64,000 bases of DNA from Psammoneis japonica (Eukaryota): positions 682,001 to 746,000 of the forward strand of contig QPGO01000012.1 in the NCBI GenBank assembly GCA_008632985.1, given 5' to 3'. Positions 37,031 to 49,066 of the stretch are shown here, piece by piece; the first letter of the stretch is position 1, and each line of letters starts with the position of its first letter. Under the pieces are notes generated by a model. The model was not told where the DNA came from and made no database searches. It worked only from the letters and a program-made list of their open reading frames with translations. Made by a program: the position numbers and the translations under genes.

Positions 37031-37740
37031 TTAGTGTATGAGTACCGGTACGGTATGTGTCAAGAGTAGTAGAGGGTAATGGTAATGGAAGTGCGTGGTG
37101 GGCGGTGAGAGAGTTATGCGCACTGATGCGCTGGGTCGTGGGTCGTGGTGAGGAGAATAACAGGATTGGCCGAGGGTACGGACAGACGGTCGTGTAGTGG
37201 ATGCACGCACGCATCGGGCCGGTGAGACAGTTGGGTGTCTGCGAAGGAGTTGTTGATAATTGGATAAGTGGGTGGAGAGTGCGACGCCGATGTTGAGGCC
37301 AAGGATCTGAGAGGCCCACGAAAGGGGAGCAGAGGCATGATGGGAGTCACCAAAATGGTCAGGGGAAATTTGTTTCCAGGCAGGCGGTGTGTTGGCCTTT
37401 GAAGAAGGTTGGAGGGTGTGAGAGAAGGGGTGCTGTTGGCATGCCGAAAAAGAGGCTTGGGAGTGGGACAGGTCAGATGGACTTGTCCAGGGTGGTTTGG
37501 GCAGAGAGGGGGGAATGGGAGAGGACAGAGCGGTGGAGTGGCCAAAGAAGAAGACGTGAAAGTGTGATGCCCGATGCCTCCGAGGTGGTCGACGGCGAAA
37601 GGAAGGAGGAGCAAGCCAGCATTGTTGATGGTGTTGATGATGTTGGAGCAGCAGGCTGTGAAGGTGGTGTGGCCATGTGGCTTGTCCCATGTGCTGCTAA
37701 GGTGAGCCATGGCAAGTGGGTTTTTTCAGGGGTGGGCAAA
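37031..37740 (-). mobile_element. 3' end of another RLE-type (CRE-like) non-LTR retrotransposon
   Basis: 'LLLPFAVDHLGGIG' resembles the RLE C-terminal PF..D..G..G motif. It is followed by 'WASQILGLNIGVALSTHL' and a C-rich 3' region. Confidence 0.5.
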
Positions 37741-37949
37741 CCGGGTGCAGGAGGCCTCGCAGAGTGCTGCAGAGAGCAAAGTTGGTTTTTGGTTTTGTTG
37801 CTTGAGGTGTGTGTTTGCAAGCTTTCAAAAGAGTTGAAATCTTTTTTGACCCGTGATGTTGCGTGACACAAAACACATGAATTGTCCGCAGAGTCTTCAT
37901 GATTTTGCACTGGAGCTGTTGTCTTCTCACACTCGGTTGACTTGGTCCC

Positions 37950-38800
37950 GGCAACACAACAGAAAATCACAATGAGAGCATCGTTGCTGAGTTCAGTGAT
38001 TTTTGAGAACTTGAATGGTGCACCTTTCCCAGACAAAGACTCAGCTCATGAACAGGCAGCATTGCCAATGTTCTCAAATGGGGCAACCTGCCACTCAGAT
38101 TCTTTGCCATTGCTGTTGTTCAATTTGTCAGCAGCAAAGTAAAGCATGATGTCATTGACAAGTTTCCCGAGAGCATTTTTTCTCTCACAGAATGAAAACC
38201 CAGTCAATGTGCTGAGTGAGCCATTCACTGCAAAGATCTCCTGTGCTCTGCAGCTCTCACCTGTTTTTTTGCTCTGGGTTGGGTGCTGATGCTGGCAGAA
38301 TCTTGTTGTGTCTTTTGTGCTGAAAGAGCAGCTTGCGCGCACACTCTGAGTGCACTTTCCTGGCACTTTGTCTGCAATCATCATGCAGCCTTCATCCAAC
38401 TTTTTTGTTTTGTGCTTCCATGCCCTCCCATGCTTGGATTTGGCTTTGCAACCTGTTTGGCATCTGACTGTTCTCCACTGGAATTTTCATAACTTTGTGT
38501 CCAACAGGCTCTAGAGTTTTGGTGTGAAGCACACATTTGAAGTCACTGCTGGTGTCAGCAGCTCCACACAAAACTCTTTCATGGTGTCAAGTGTCAAGGA
38601 GCCCTTCCAAGTCTTGTGAACATCGCTCCCACTCCATGATCTGCCAGTGATGTCCTCTGCTGTGGAGTCTGAGTGTGCCACCTTGGCCAAGGAAAACAAA
38701 AACAATTCCTCACAAGACAAGTTGCAATGACGCCCATCAGCACCACATGGCACAAGAGCCAAATTGGGCAGGTTGAACAAACAGCGCAATTCTCACAACT
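37950..38800 (-). pseudogene. possible Harbinger/ISL2EU-like transposase remnant
   Basis: 'LSCEELFLFSLAKVAH' and 'EGCMMIADK' loosely resemble DDE_Tnp_4 segments. Heavily degraded. Confidence 0.25.
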
Positions 38801-40252
38801 TGCCTCCCCTCACCTCAAATCAAGTCATCCACTCAGCACAGTTGTCAGAGTGCCAATCAACAATTCATCAGTTGCTGCAAGGCACAACAAAGTTAGCAGC
38901 ATGGCACTCTTCCTTGCATGTCACATTGCGAGTTGATGTGTCAGAGCTGGCCCAAATTTGAGCCATGCAACAATGTGCAAAAATGCCATTGATTGAGTGC
39001 ACATGTTCAAGAGCAACATGCAATGGAAGATTGCTGGGTGGAAGAAAACAACAACTCCTTGCTGCTGTCTAAATGGCAGATGAGTCTCCATGCAGAGACC
39101 AGCACAGGAGCCGAAAGACTGGAGTCGTGATGTCGGCACTGCTGTTGCCATTCTTGCAAGCTGAGTGGCTCAAAAGCAAACTGCATCATGCATCACATGC
39201 AGAACTAAGAGCACACACAATTGTGTGTGACAAACTAAAATCTTGTTCAAATCTTGTCACAGTCAACTTGTCAACAAAGACAACCATCATTGCCCTGACT
39301 GAAAACAACAAGTCAACTCTGGACACAACTGAAAGCAGGGTGAGAATTGCAGACCATTGGGCTGCTGATTGAAAAGAGTGGCCCTGCATCACATCCAAAA
39401 CAGCTCTGTTCTCTCCTTCTTGGTGCAAATGTTCCTCGTGTGGATGTGTGTGCACCCCTCACATGTTTCTGTTGGCGAGCTGTTGCAGCAATTTGCAGCC
39501 CAGTGGCATCCATGGTGAAACAGCTGTGGCTGTCTTGGCATGAGATGGGTCAAGAGTGCAGCAACAGCACAAGCACAAACATGTTTCTCTCTGCCTTGGT
39601 GGACAAGAGCCCATGACCCTGTTGTCAAAACATCACAAAGCCCCATGTGCTGGGCAGGTTGAGTGGATGTCGGCTGCGGGGCGGCAGGCATCGAATCGTG
39701 GCTGAGTCGAGTTTTGAAACATGGATGGATGGGAAACCCCAGCCCACCAGTGCACCCATGACCTACATGGGTTGGCAAGAACACTTTGGCGCCACCCTTG
39801 AAGCTTGGGGCCCTCTCTACTCTAGCTAGCTGCTCTCTGCCAGCTAGAGAGCAGAGGCGCCTGCTCTGCACTTTTGACTTCTCCCCTTCTTCTTTCCGCA
39901 CAACCGACAGACCTCCTCTCTACGGTAGTTGATTGGGCGGTTGGGCGGGAGTTGCTTTTTTTTTTCTCCCCAGAAACAAGCGACTTGATAAGGGCTTCAC
40001 TTGAAAGTCCTTCTCTTTCTTTTCGCTTCTTCTCCCCTTAATTTTTTGTGTGCCTCTCTCGTTTATCCTCTCATGATATCATAGGACCGATACAGGAGAG
40101 TGCTTATTCAGAGGCGATAAACGAAGGCACTTTTCGTCAGCGAAAACGCTCGCTCAACTGCTCCGCGGCTTGATGATTCTTTCATATCCGAAATTCAGTT
40201 CCAGAGAACGGGCAGCGCTAATATTCTAGAGAGTAGGCGCTTCGCATAGAAA

Positions 40253-41854
40253 ATGCCGACTGTTTGGAACACACTCAATTTGGGTCTACCGGGAATTAAG
40301 TATGAGAATGAGGCAGCAGCGGGTCAGGGAAAGGGCTCAACAGAATGGGCTGCGCACTCTCATACTCCCGTTTCTGTTGGTGAGTGGACCGGCTTTGATG
40401 ATTTGGTAGCCGCAGAGGGAAATCACGAACGAAATCAGCGACTCGTTAACTTCAACCTGTCCACGAGATTCGAAATGAATGTGGAGCAATTGCTACCTTG
40501 TTCGAGTGAGGAGCAAGTGACTGCCGCCACCGTTTTGTTCCTGAGTAATCTGTCTATTCCAAAGTACGATCTTGCGGACGGCATGTGTTTCCCGGCAAGA
40601 AATAGCGAACTGACCGCGAAGCCTGATATCATTGCCATGGAAAAAGACGATGCTGGACTTGGCGTTGGGACTTCTGAACAATATGCTACCCCGCTATCTG
40701 GGAAGAGATCTCAAACTCGTCGAGCAAATGTTCAGTTGATCAGATCATTGTACAGATTCCCTTTCGAAACGAAACCAAATTGGAAGTTCCGATTTTTGAA
40801 CGACAACGATGTAGATGGTGAAAACAGCCACTAAGAGGCTCACAACGTCATCATCAATTACTGGGAGGTCCCTCAGGATTTCGATGCAGAACAAATGCAG
40901 GCGGAGGTGTCACTCCCTGCTTATTGGCCCGGCAAAAAGAAAAAGGTCTTTCATCTCGTTCGCCAAATCTACGGACAAATGGTCGCTGATAAGTGCCGAT
41001 ATGGAGTTTTTCACACCTACGATATATGGATCTTTTGCAAACGATCAAGCGACGGTGCACTCTTGTTGTCTCGATCGTTTCGTCGGGAAGAAACCTCTCC
41101 ATCCGTACTCCAAGCTATTAAGACTCTTACTGGGTTTGAGGACTATTTTATGTCAGAAACGGGTAGCATTCATCCTCCATCGGATTCGAAAGCGCCTGCC
41201 AAAAAGAAGGCTAAAGAATCAACACGTAAACCTCCCCTGCTGCCCCCGAGCTACAAAGATGACCGTGTTGGTGGCAAGAAAACGACGGGGAGAGGGAAAA
41301 GCTTGGCGACGAGTGAAACTTTAAATTTGGCAGCGACCCTATCGTCTTTGGAGTGCGATGTATTTGACAGGACTGACAAAGTTTTGCTGTTGACTACGCA
41401 AAGGTATCCATTTGTTTTGATAAAAATGCAACAAAACCCAATCTTGCACCATGTGTCCCAGGAAATGGCACACGAAGCTGAGTTTTACACAAAGGTACAG
41501 GCTTTAAAGGACGTGCAAGAAGTTGTCCCAAAGTTTTACGGTCACAGCAAGCACTTAGGTGTGGCCATGAGCTGCTTTGAGCTTGAGTCGGATGACTTTG
41601 ATGACATTGGCATCGACAACTTGCCAGTTGCACTCAGGCATTCAGCAGTACATGCGATTGAGGTATTGAGCAACGCTGGCATTCTACATAATGATCTCGA
41701 GCTACATAACATTGTTCAGAGCAAAGATGATCCTACAAAAGCAAAAATCATTGATTTTGGTCGATCCAAGTTCAGCGACGACACCGACCGTCTGTCCGAG
41801 CAAGTCCAACATGTCAGAAGGCTCTTGGGATTGGGGGAGGAAACATGCCACTGA
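40253..41854 (+). CDS. restriction-endonuclease-fold + protein kinase fusion (Crinkler/FunK1-like architecture) with one in-frame TAA at 40832-40834
   Basis: ORFs 40253-40834 and 40895-41854 share a frame. 'KPDII...FPFETKP...RQIYGQMVADKCRYGVFHTYDIWIF' (nuclease-like) precedes the kinase motifs 'LIKM', 'GILHNDLELHNIV', 'IIDFG'. Confidence 0.7.
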
Positions 41855-42339
41855 AGCACTACACCAACAGAGAAGAGTACTTCTAGATACCATGGTCGTC
41901 AAGCCGCTAAAATAGTAAGATATAGATCATTCCTGATCACCCCAGTTCATCGTGCAACAGCTTGGCGAAGCGAAGGGCAGACGGAAAAAACCGGTCTGTC
42001 AGACCGCCCGGTTTGTCCTCTTCATTTTCCCTCGTGCTTCCACCGTGTTGTTTGCCACATCGCCATTTCAACGGTTAAAACGTTTGCTGTCAAAAAATTA
42101 AGTGCATTTACAGAGAAACCGGTCTGTCCTCCAGAGGACGGCAAAATCTCTGTGCAAGAAGTGCAGTGTGTGACAGCCGCATTTGTTTCAGAGCGGCGCT
42201 CTTTGCCACTCCAAATGAACTCTTTCTCAGACATGAAATGTCTTTCATGCCTGCTGGCTTGTTGGCGAGGTTGCAATTCTGCCTTTGTTTCATGGCCACA
42301 CCCTCTGCGTGTTTTCTACGCAAGCTCTGGTGCAGATGT

Positions 42340-43260
42340 TGCCTTTTTCTGACGGTGCAATGACGGTTCTTACCTGCCTGTTCAGACGTGTTCCTTCATC
42401 GACATGCCATTGTTCTGTGATCATTGACAATCTCATGCAGTGGAAAACGAATTGCACCCAGCTCTCTTGGCTCAATTGCTTGACGTTCTTCTTGGTGTTT
42501 TTTGTTCTCGCGTGCAAAGTTTCTACACAGGTCTCAGCACAAATTCCACGTGTTCTGCAAGTCATTTCAGACAGACAACTCGTCAAACTGCCGATTGCTC
42601 TTTCTCCATGCCTCTCAAGCATCAACGACCCCCCTTCTCTCTGTTGTCTGTTCAAGTTTCCTGTGTTGTGTGGTGAACATCTTCCTGTTGTTGTTCCTTT
42701 TCAGAAGTTTGAAGAAGAGACCAATTCAGTGTGCATTGGCCAACCTTTCGCGTGCCGACAAGTCCACACAAGTCTCAGCACAAGTTCTGCGTGTCAAGGA
42801 AATGTTTTCAAACGGCCGATCTCCCAATCTCTTGACTGCTGTCTGTCCATGCCTGCCAAGCTCCAAAGACCGCCCCTCTGCCTGCTGTCCTTTTAAGTTC
42901 TCTGCTTTGTGCAGCGAATGCCCTTCCATCTTTGCTGCTTCCAGAAGTGTGAACTCGAGATCAACTCGGCTTGATTTGGCTCTTTGCCTGTTTGCTGATG
43001 CTTCCTGCCAAGTTCCTGCACAAGACTCAGCACAAGTTCTATGTGTCACAAAAACATTTTCTGACGGCCTGTTTTCCGATCATCCGATGGCTCTCCATCT
43101 GTGCCTGCCAAGCTCTAACGACCCCCCCTTTTCTCAATGCCTTTTTAAGTTCTTTGCTCTGTGTGATGAACTCCTTTTTGTTGTTGCTGCTGCCAGAAGT
43201 TTGATTTTGAGACCAACTCGGTGGTTGGTGATGTTTTGGTCCCTGTTTGTGAAATTTACG
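42340..43260 (-). pseudogene. degenerate coding sequence with three ~80-84-aa tandem domains
   Basis: Repeat anchors ctcagcacaa at 42533, 42774 and 43026. Translations 'CRTRGICAETCVET', 'RRTCAETCVDL', 'HRTCAESCAGT'. Family not recognised. Confidence 0.5.
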
Positions 43261-45373
43261 GTGTTTGCTCTGTTTCAGATCCCTTCTCACTTTGGAATGT
43301 TCCAACATGGCTTGCTTCAGTGGAATGATCAGATCCAGTCAGAAGCAAAGAGCTGTTCCATTGCTGTGGTTTCTAGTGCTTTGAAGGTGCCAAATCAATT
43401 TGCTGTTGCTGTCTGCAACACCACTCCCAACTGTTCCCGGCGGGCATCATCATTTGTTGGTGACGCCCATCTTGGCTGATCGCAGTGCATTCCTGTCGCA
43501 CTGTTGGTGTGCTGGGGGTGTGGGTTGGCTTGTTGCCGGAGTTGCAGGGCGGAAGTGCAGCAGCACTTTAAACATAGAATTTTGGTTTTGTTTTGGCTTG
43601 TTGGTGAGGTTGGGAGGCAAACATTGCTTTGTCAGCACAAATGACATGGAATTTGTTGCAAAGTGCAGCGGGGGTCATTTTTGGCCCTTGCCACACAAGC
43701 AGGGGCGCACCATTGTTTGGTCTCATGCAAGTTTTGAAAAACAAAGGAGATGAACGCCAGTGCATTTTGCTTGCAAAAGTGTCAGTGAGTGTGTGTGTGT
43801 GTGATCAGCTTTGAGTTTGATCACAGGGGATCAAGAGTTGACTGTGTGAAATCCAGGTTGAGCCAGGAGTTTGTGCATGATGGGTGATGCACAGGATTCT
43901 GGCATGAACACATTTGAGAGCTCTGATGATGGAGTTGGTGTTGGAGCATCTGGACAAGCGGAAAATGTGAGAAACCTGGAAGTGAGTCTGTTGAAGAGAA
44001 GATGATGCTTCAGATCCTGATGAGGCAGACATTTTTACAAACGTGCGTTTGTTGCTGATTTCACCAACCTTCTTTTTAGCTCACTCTTTGGAGTGAATTG
44101 TGTGGTTTGTGCAAACTGCATTGTGTGGCACCAATGAGCACCCTTTCATTGCCTTTGCACCATGAGAACATTGAGAGCTTCCAGGCAAACCACAACCACC
44201 ATGGAAACCAGGACAAGTGCAACAAGCAGCACATGAGACCTTGGAAGATTGCCTTCTGGTGACATTGACTTGTCGGCTCTAAAAAAATCGGACCTCAAAC
44301 AAAGTGTTTTTTTTTTAAACTTTCATGAGTGTGTGCACCTGACACCAAGTTGTGCTTGCAGTGATCAGCGCCCCCCCCCCCCCATCTGAAGGGCTTGTCC
44401 AGAGCACACACACACACATCACAGTTTTGTCGCACCCATTTGAGGATGGACACACAGGGATGAGGGCAGATGTTGTTTGCATGATGCAATTGTCCCACAC
44501 CTCACATGTCATTGGACCTGCCTCAGAGCACCCCCAACACTGGTTTGTTTGTCAAACCCTTGTCAGGGCCACTGGGCAGCTGCAAAAGAGATTGCTTCAA
44601 CAGCTGCCACTTGTTTGCCCATGCCCTGATGTCTGATTGAAGCTCCTGCTGGTTTTTGCCAAAAACAGCTTTTTTGTGAGAGACAAGCCGCAACTTTCTG
44701 GGGCGCAGCAACAAATGGCATTTTGCTGGCTGTTTGCATGTCTGCAGCTGCCAAACTGGAGATCTTGCATTGTTGCACCCATTGTCTGTGCACTCTGTTG
44801 TGTCTGACAAGCTGACAAAGTTCAACTTTTTGCTGGAGTTTCATTTTTGGCAAAGTGCAAAGATTTGGTGTGACACATCCGGGCATTTTCAAACAGCTGT
44901 GTGCCCACAAACATCTGCCCTCCACCCCCATGTTGTGTTCGTCATTGTTGTTTGCTGTGATGTGTGACGCCACACTCTTGAGAAAATGATGCTGCGCTGC
45001 ATTTGTTGAACAAAATGTTCAGTGCTCAGCTCTTTGGCTTGCAGACACTGTTTTTTTGTGCAGGGTCCTGCACGTGCTTTGGCCAGACCACAGCATGACA
45101 GAGTTGCTCTGCAGACAACAAAGTCAGAACTGAGGCACTGCTTCACAGCATGTTTGAGCCGAGAGGATGACTGAGGATCAACACATGTGTTGTTTTGGTG
45201 GTGGGGTTCTTGGCACCATTGTCTCAAAATGCAGTGTTCCACCACATGACATGAAAATCAATGTCAAAATTAAATCAGGCCATGTGCACAAAACATGTGG
45301 AAGCAGCACTGTGATGTGCCAAATGAGTGATTCGGGATTTCCTCATGGACATTTGTCACTTGCCGGAGGAAGC

Positions 45374-45642
45374 TGTTTTTGGCATTTTGCTTTGCTTTGC
45401 CACTGTCAGATGATGCCACAAGCAAGACCTCTTGTTCCAAGCATCAATTTTTTGCCACTGAAACATGTGGTGCACATCACCGATGCATGAAAATCCCTCT
45501 TCTTCTTCTGCTTCTTCTTGTCGCTGCTTGTGCTGGCGCGATGCTCCAGCTTTTTGCACCCCCTCCCGTTCTTCTGCTTGCTTTTCACTTTTTTTTTGCA
45601 TCTGAAGAGCTCATTTTGTTGTGATGTGCAGGGCTGCAGAGG
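45374..45642 (-). pseudogene. mutated duplicate of the 5' end of DDX41 (source 34021-34266)
   Basis: Colinear match, e.g. agcaaggcctcttgttccaagcgtcgacgctttgccactgaaacatacggtacataatcaccg vs agcaagacctcttgttccaagcatcaattttttgccactgaaacatgtggtgcacatcaccg. Confidence 0.85.
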
Positions 45643-45881
45643 AAAAAAGGAATTGGTTCCCAGATCCAAGAGTGTGGGTTGTTTTGTGTGGTTGTGTTGT
45701 GCTGTTGTCACTTGTTGCGAAAATGGATTTTATATTATTTTAGCTTATGTAGATTTTTTATACCATATTTAAATACACATATTCATTGAATTTCAAAAAT
45801 AACGGTCGCATCAGTTGAGTCTCTGGTCTCAACATCACAACATCTCGCAAAAATAAAGAACGAGGCAACTAACCCACCATT

Positions 45882-47166
45882 ATGACGATGAGGATGAGGT
45901 CGTCCTCCCTACTTGTATCGTCGCTTCTATTTGCATCCTTGCTTCTTACATTGTTTTCAATTGTCTATTTCCAAATATCACAACGACAAAAGCTAAATCC
46001 ATGGCTGATGGACAATGAAGAAGAATTCAAAGCCTTCAAAAAGCGCGCGCCATCCAGGCCCAAACGATTCCCCAAAACAACAGGGTTGTCTTAGGATTGC
46101 TTCGGAATCAAAAGGCTGCAAGTCTATCCTTGACAGCATATCTGCATTACGAATCGGGTTTGAAATCATGGAATAATTTCTTTAGCGACCATGAAGCCAG
46201 GGAGTTTCTTGACTCGTCATCGGATCGTCGCCAAACAACGGCTCCCTTTTGTATCTTTGGGCTGTTGGAACATAAAGTACCGTTGTCCACAATAGCAAAT
46301 CCATTTGATTTGGATGCAAGAAAGCCAAAGCATCTTCAAGGATTTTGTCCTTTTTTACTTGGCTCCGAGTTGACGGATTATTGGAAGGGAACGTTGAAAT
46401 ACGCAAAAAGCACCACCAACAAGAGCCTTGTGAAGATAGCCATGGTTCGAGAGCCATTGGAACGGCTTTATTCCATTTATCAATCTACACAACGCAAATG
46501 TAACACGACTCAGTCGTCCAGTATCTTTTACGATAAACAATACAGGCGCATATGCGAAGGAGACTTTATTGGCTTGACTCGAGAATTGTACTTGGACGGT
46601 GCAGCGCGAGTGAGGGATGTTCCAAATCAACACAGAGGCTTTCAGATTGGTAGTAGTGACAAGGATGCCATTCAAATGATTCTACGTGGGGATCAAGTAG
46701 ACAATGGTTTTGAAAATAAGGACCAAGTCTTGGTGTGTTGTCGGATTGTTTTGAAGAATCGCTGTGGTTGTTGGAATACAAGTACAATCTTGAACCAGGT
46801 TCCGCCGAGAAATTCATCAAGACGTCAGAGTACAGCCGTGAGAGACAGGGCCGTTACGACAAGCTTGAAAAACTATTCAATGCGAAAAAGCTGGACTCGA
46901 TACAAAAAGACGCCGAGTACTACTTTGCAGACGAATACGCGTTTTTCAACGAGGCGGTGGAGCAATTTCAATACCACCTTGCCTCGATTGATTTGGACCC
47001 GTCTCTCATGCAAATGTCTTGTCGTTATTGGACTCACGAGGACAGGGCTCGAGTGCAGCAATTGCTGCACGATGAGTCCCCAAGACGAAGGTGCCTGGCT
47101 TGTGATGCACAACTGTGTAGAAACTTGGAGGAACTCAGACAACAAGTAGTGATATTATCATTTTAG
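45882..47166 (+). CDS. type II membrane (Golgi) sulfotransferase, with two apparent 1-nt frameshifts (~46075, ~46733)
   Basis: N-terminal transmembrane anchor, 5'-PSB-like 'LRNQKAASLSL', 3'-PB 'AMVREPLERLYSIY', C-terminal 'FEESLWLL...DEYAFFNEAVEQF'. Confidence 0.7.
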
Positions 47167-47169
47167 GCG

Positions 47170-49066
47170 TGAAACATTTCTTGCAGAGCTAGAACCACTT
47201 CCTCATTTGCGTTGCGAGCCAGCCTGTTAATGTCTGAATCGACCGCGTTCAACGCAAAGTCAGTTTGAACGAGTGATTCCAAATCGAGCATAACGATCTG
47301 TTCGCGTCCCTGATGGTCGCGTTGTATCCCAATGTCCTTCCAACAAAGATGAGATTCTGGATACGCAAGCCCCGCATCTGCAAATCTTGTAGCTCTAGAC
47401 GAATTTGGGTAGTAGCGTCATGCGACGTTCACCGGAATGGATGCCACAAACGGCATTGTCAAACAGGGGACACCAAACGCTTGAGCTCAAAAATGGTGTG
47501 CTTGTATCGCGGATTAGAACGATCGCCACTTTTCAGCTTCCTCGCGGCACACTTCCTCCGCCCTTTCCGTTTTGCTCTTTGCAGCATCATCGCCCATCGA
47601 TTCCATCATTGGTGAATCAAAGAGAAAGAGCTTGACTGCAAACAATTGCCCAACTGAATCCGAGGCTAGAAATACTTTGCCAAGATAGCCCTGACCAAGG
47701 ACAGAATGAAAGTATACCTTTGTGTTGTCGCCCCACTGCTCGTTCAATCGATACGTGAACGTACACCCGAGTTTCTCCCAATCCAATGAATTTTCCATGG
47801 GCGCAGCGACGATCTGATGAATTTGTTGCCCTTCGATCGGCAGTGATAATTTAGTCCACTTTGATGCAGACCTTTCAACTGCGATTATACCACACACAAC
47901 GAAAAAGTAGATCGCCTTGAAACTTCTCGTGCGATCAAATATGTCAGAAAAGTACATCCCCTCGCTGGAACCTCGTCAATCGATTTCCCCCCTTCGGTAC
48001 CCACATTTCCAACGGAGGAATTGTCACTAGCTGCCTTTTCACAGGGCAAAATTTTGACAATGCTACTGCCACGCCCTAGGTCATTGAGCCTCCCTATTGC
48101 TTCAGCGAAAATATCTTCACAAGTCTGGTCAAGACTCCCAATGCGTATGTATTCGTAGCTTGACAAACAGATGAGTGGACGGTCAACGCCCATTTGACGC
48201 AACGTCATGGCATGATCATAAGCCCGACTGACTACAGCCGAGTTGTCGACTGCTTCAGTGTCAGCGGGTTTCTCCGGGTTGGCAACGTCCACTACCAGAA
48301 TGATTCTGCCATGCCAACGAACAACCACAACATCATGATGCATGGAAAGCATCGAAACTTCCTTTCGAACAGCAATGCTTTTCCCAAGCAAAAGGCAGTT
48401 CAAGACATCCACCAAGAGGTCTCTCACATGGCTGACAATGCTTGCCTTGCTCGTATTCTTCAGCGCAAGGTTGTCGCCTAGTTGCCGTGCAAGCTTACTC
48501 TCGATGAAGGCCCCATCTTCATCCTTGGTATTTATATCGAACTTGCTCAGGTAATCAGAAACCTGCTGCTGCATGGCTTTCTCCTCTACTATATGGCCTT
48601 GGCTTCTGTCTTCTTCTATAATAGTCTGTGATTGCGTGTTAATTGCATCGTCCCTGAATTCTTTCGCTTGAGACTCTTGGTAACTGTGCCAACGTCGCAT
48701 AATGGGCTCGACCAGTGCTTGTTCATTTCCATTGGCGGGAGCCCCCCATATTTCTGTAGCAAGAAGTGTACACTGTGTTTCTCGATCGATTCCATCTTTG
48801 CCTCCTCTTTCAAAGATGCTTGATCCCCGTTGACTTTGTGTAGCCCTGAGTGTTCTTCCTCTAGCCTAGGATTTATGGCTAGCTTCTTTGCTACTACATT
48901 GTTATCTGACTCCATTTTGACAGGTTTGCTTCTTCTTCCGTTCTCGTACACATTTTCTTTGACCAGCTCTTTGTGATCTTTCTTTCCAGAAACTTGTGAG
49001 TTGTCACAGACCCCGCCCCCCGTCAGACTTTGAAATCTGTTCTCCTGCATTTTCTTTGGGGTTCAT
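47170..49066 (-). pseudogene. second nuclease-fold + protein kinase gene, multiply frameshifted
   Basis: 'HHDVVVVR...ILVVDVANPE...RAYDHAMTLRQMG...ICLSSYE' (nuclease-like), then 'VLGQGYLGKVF...FAVKLF...CREEAEKW' (kinase subdomains I-III). Frame breaks at ~49010, ~48650, ~47960 and ~47520. Confidence 0.6.
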
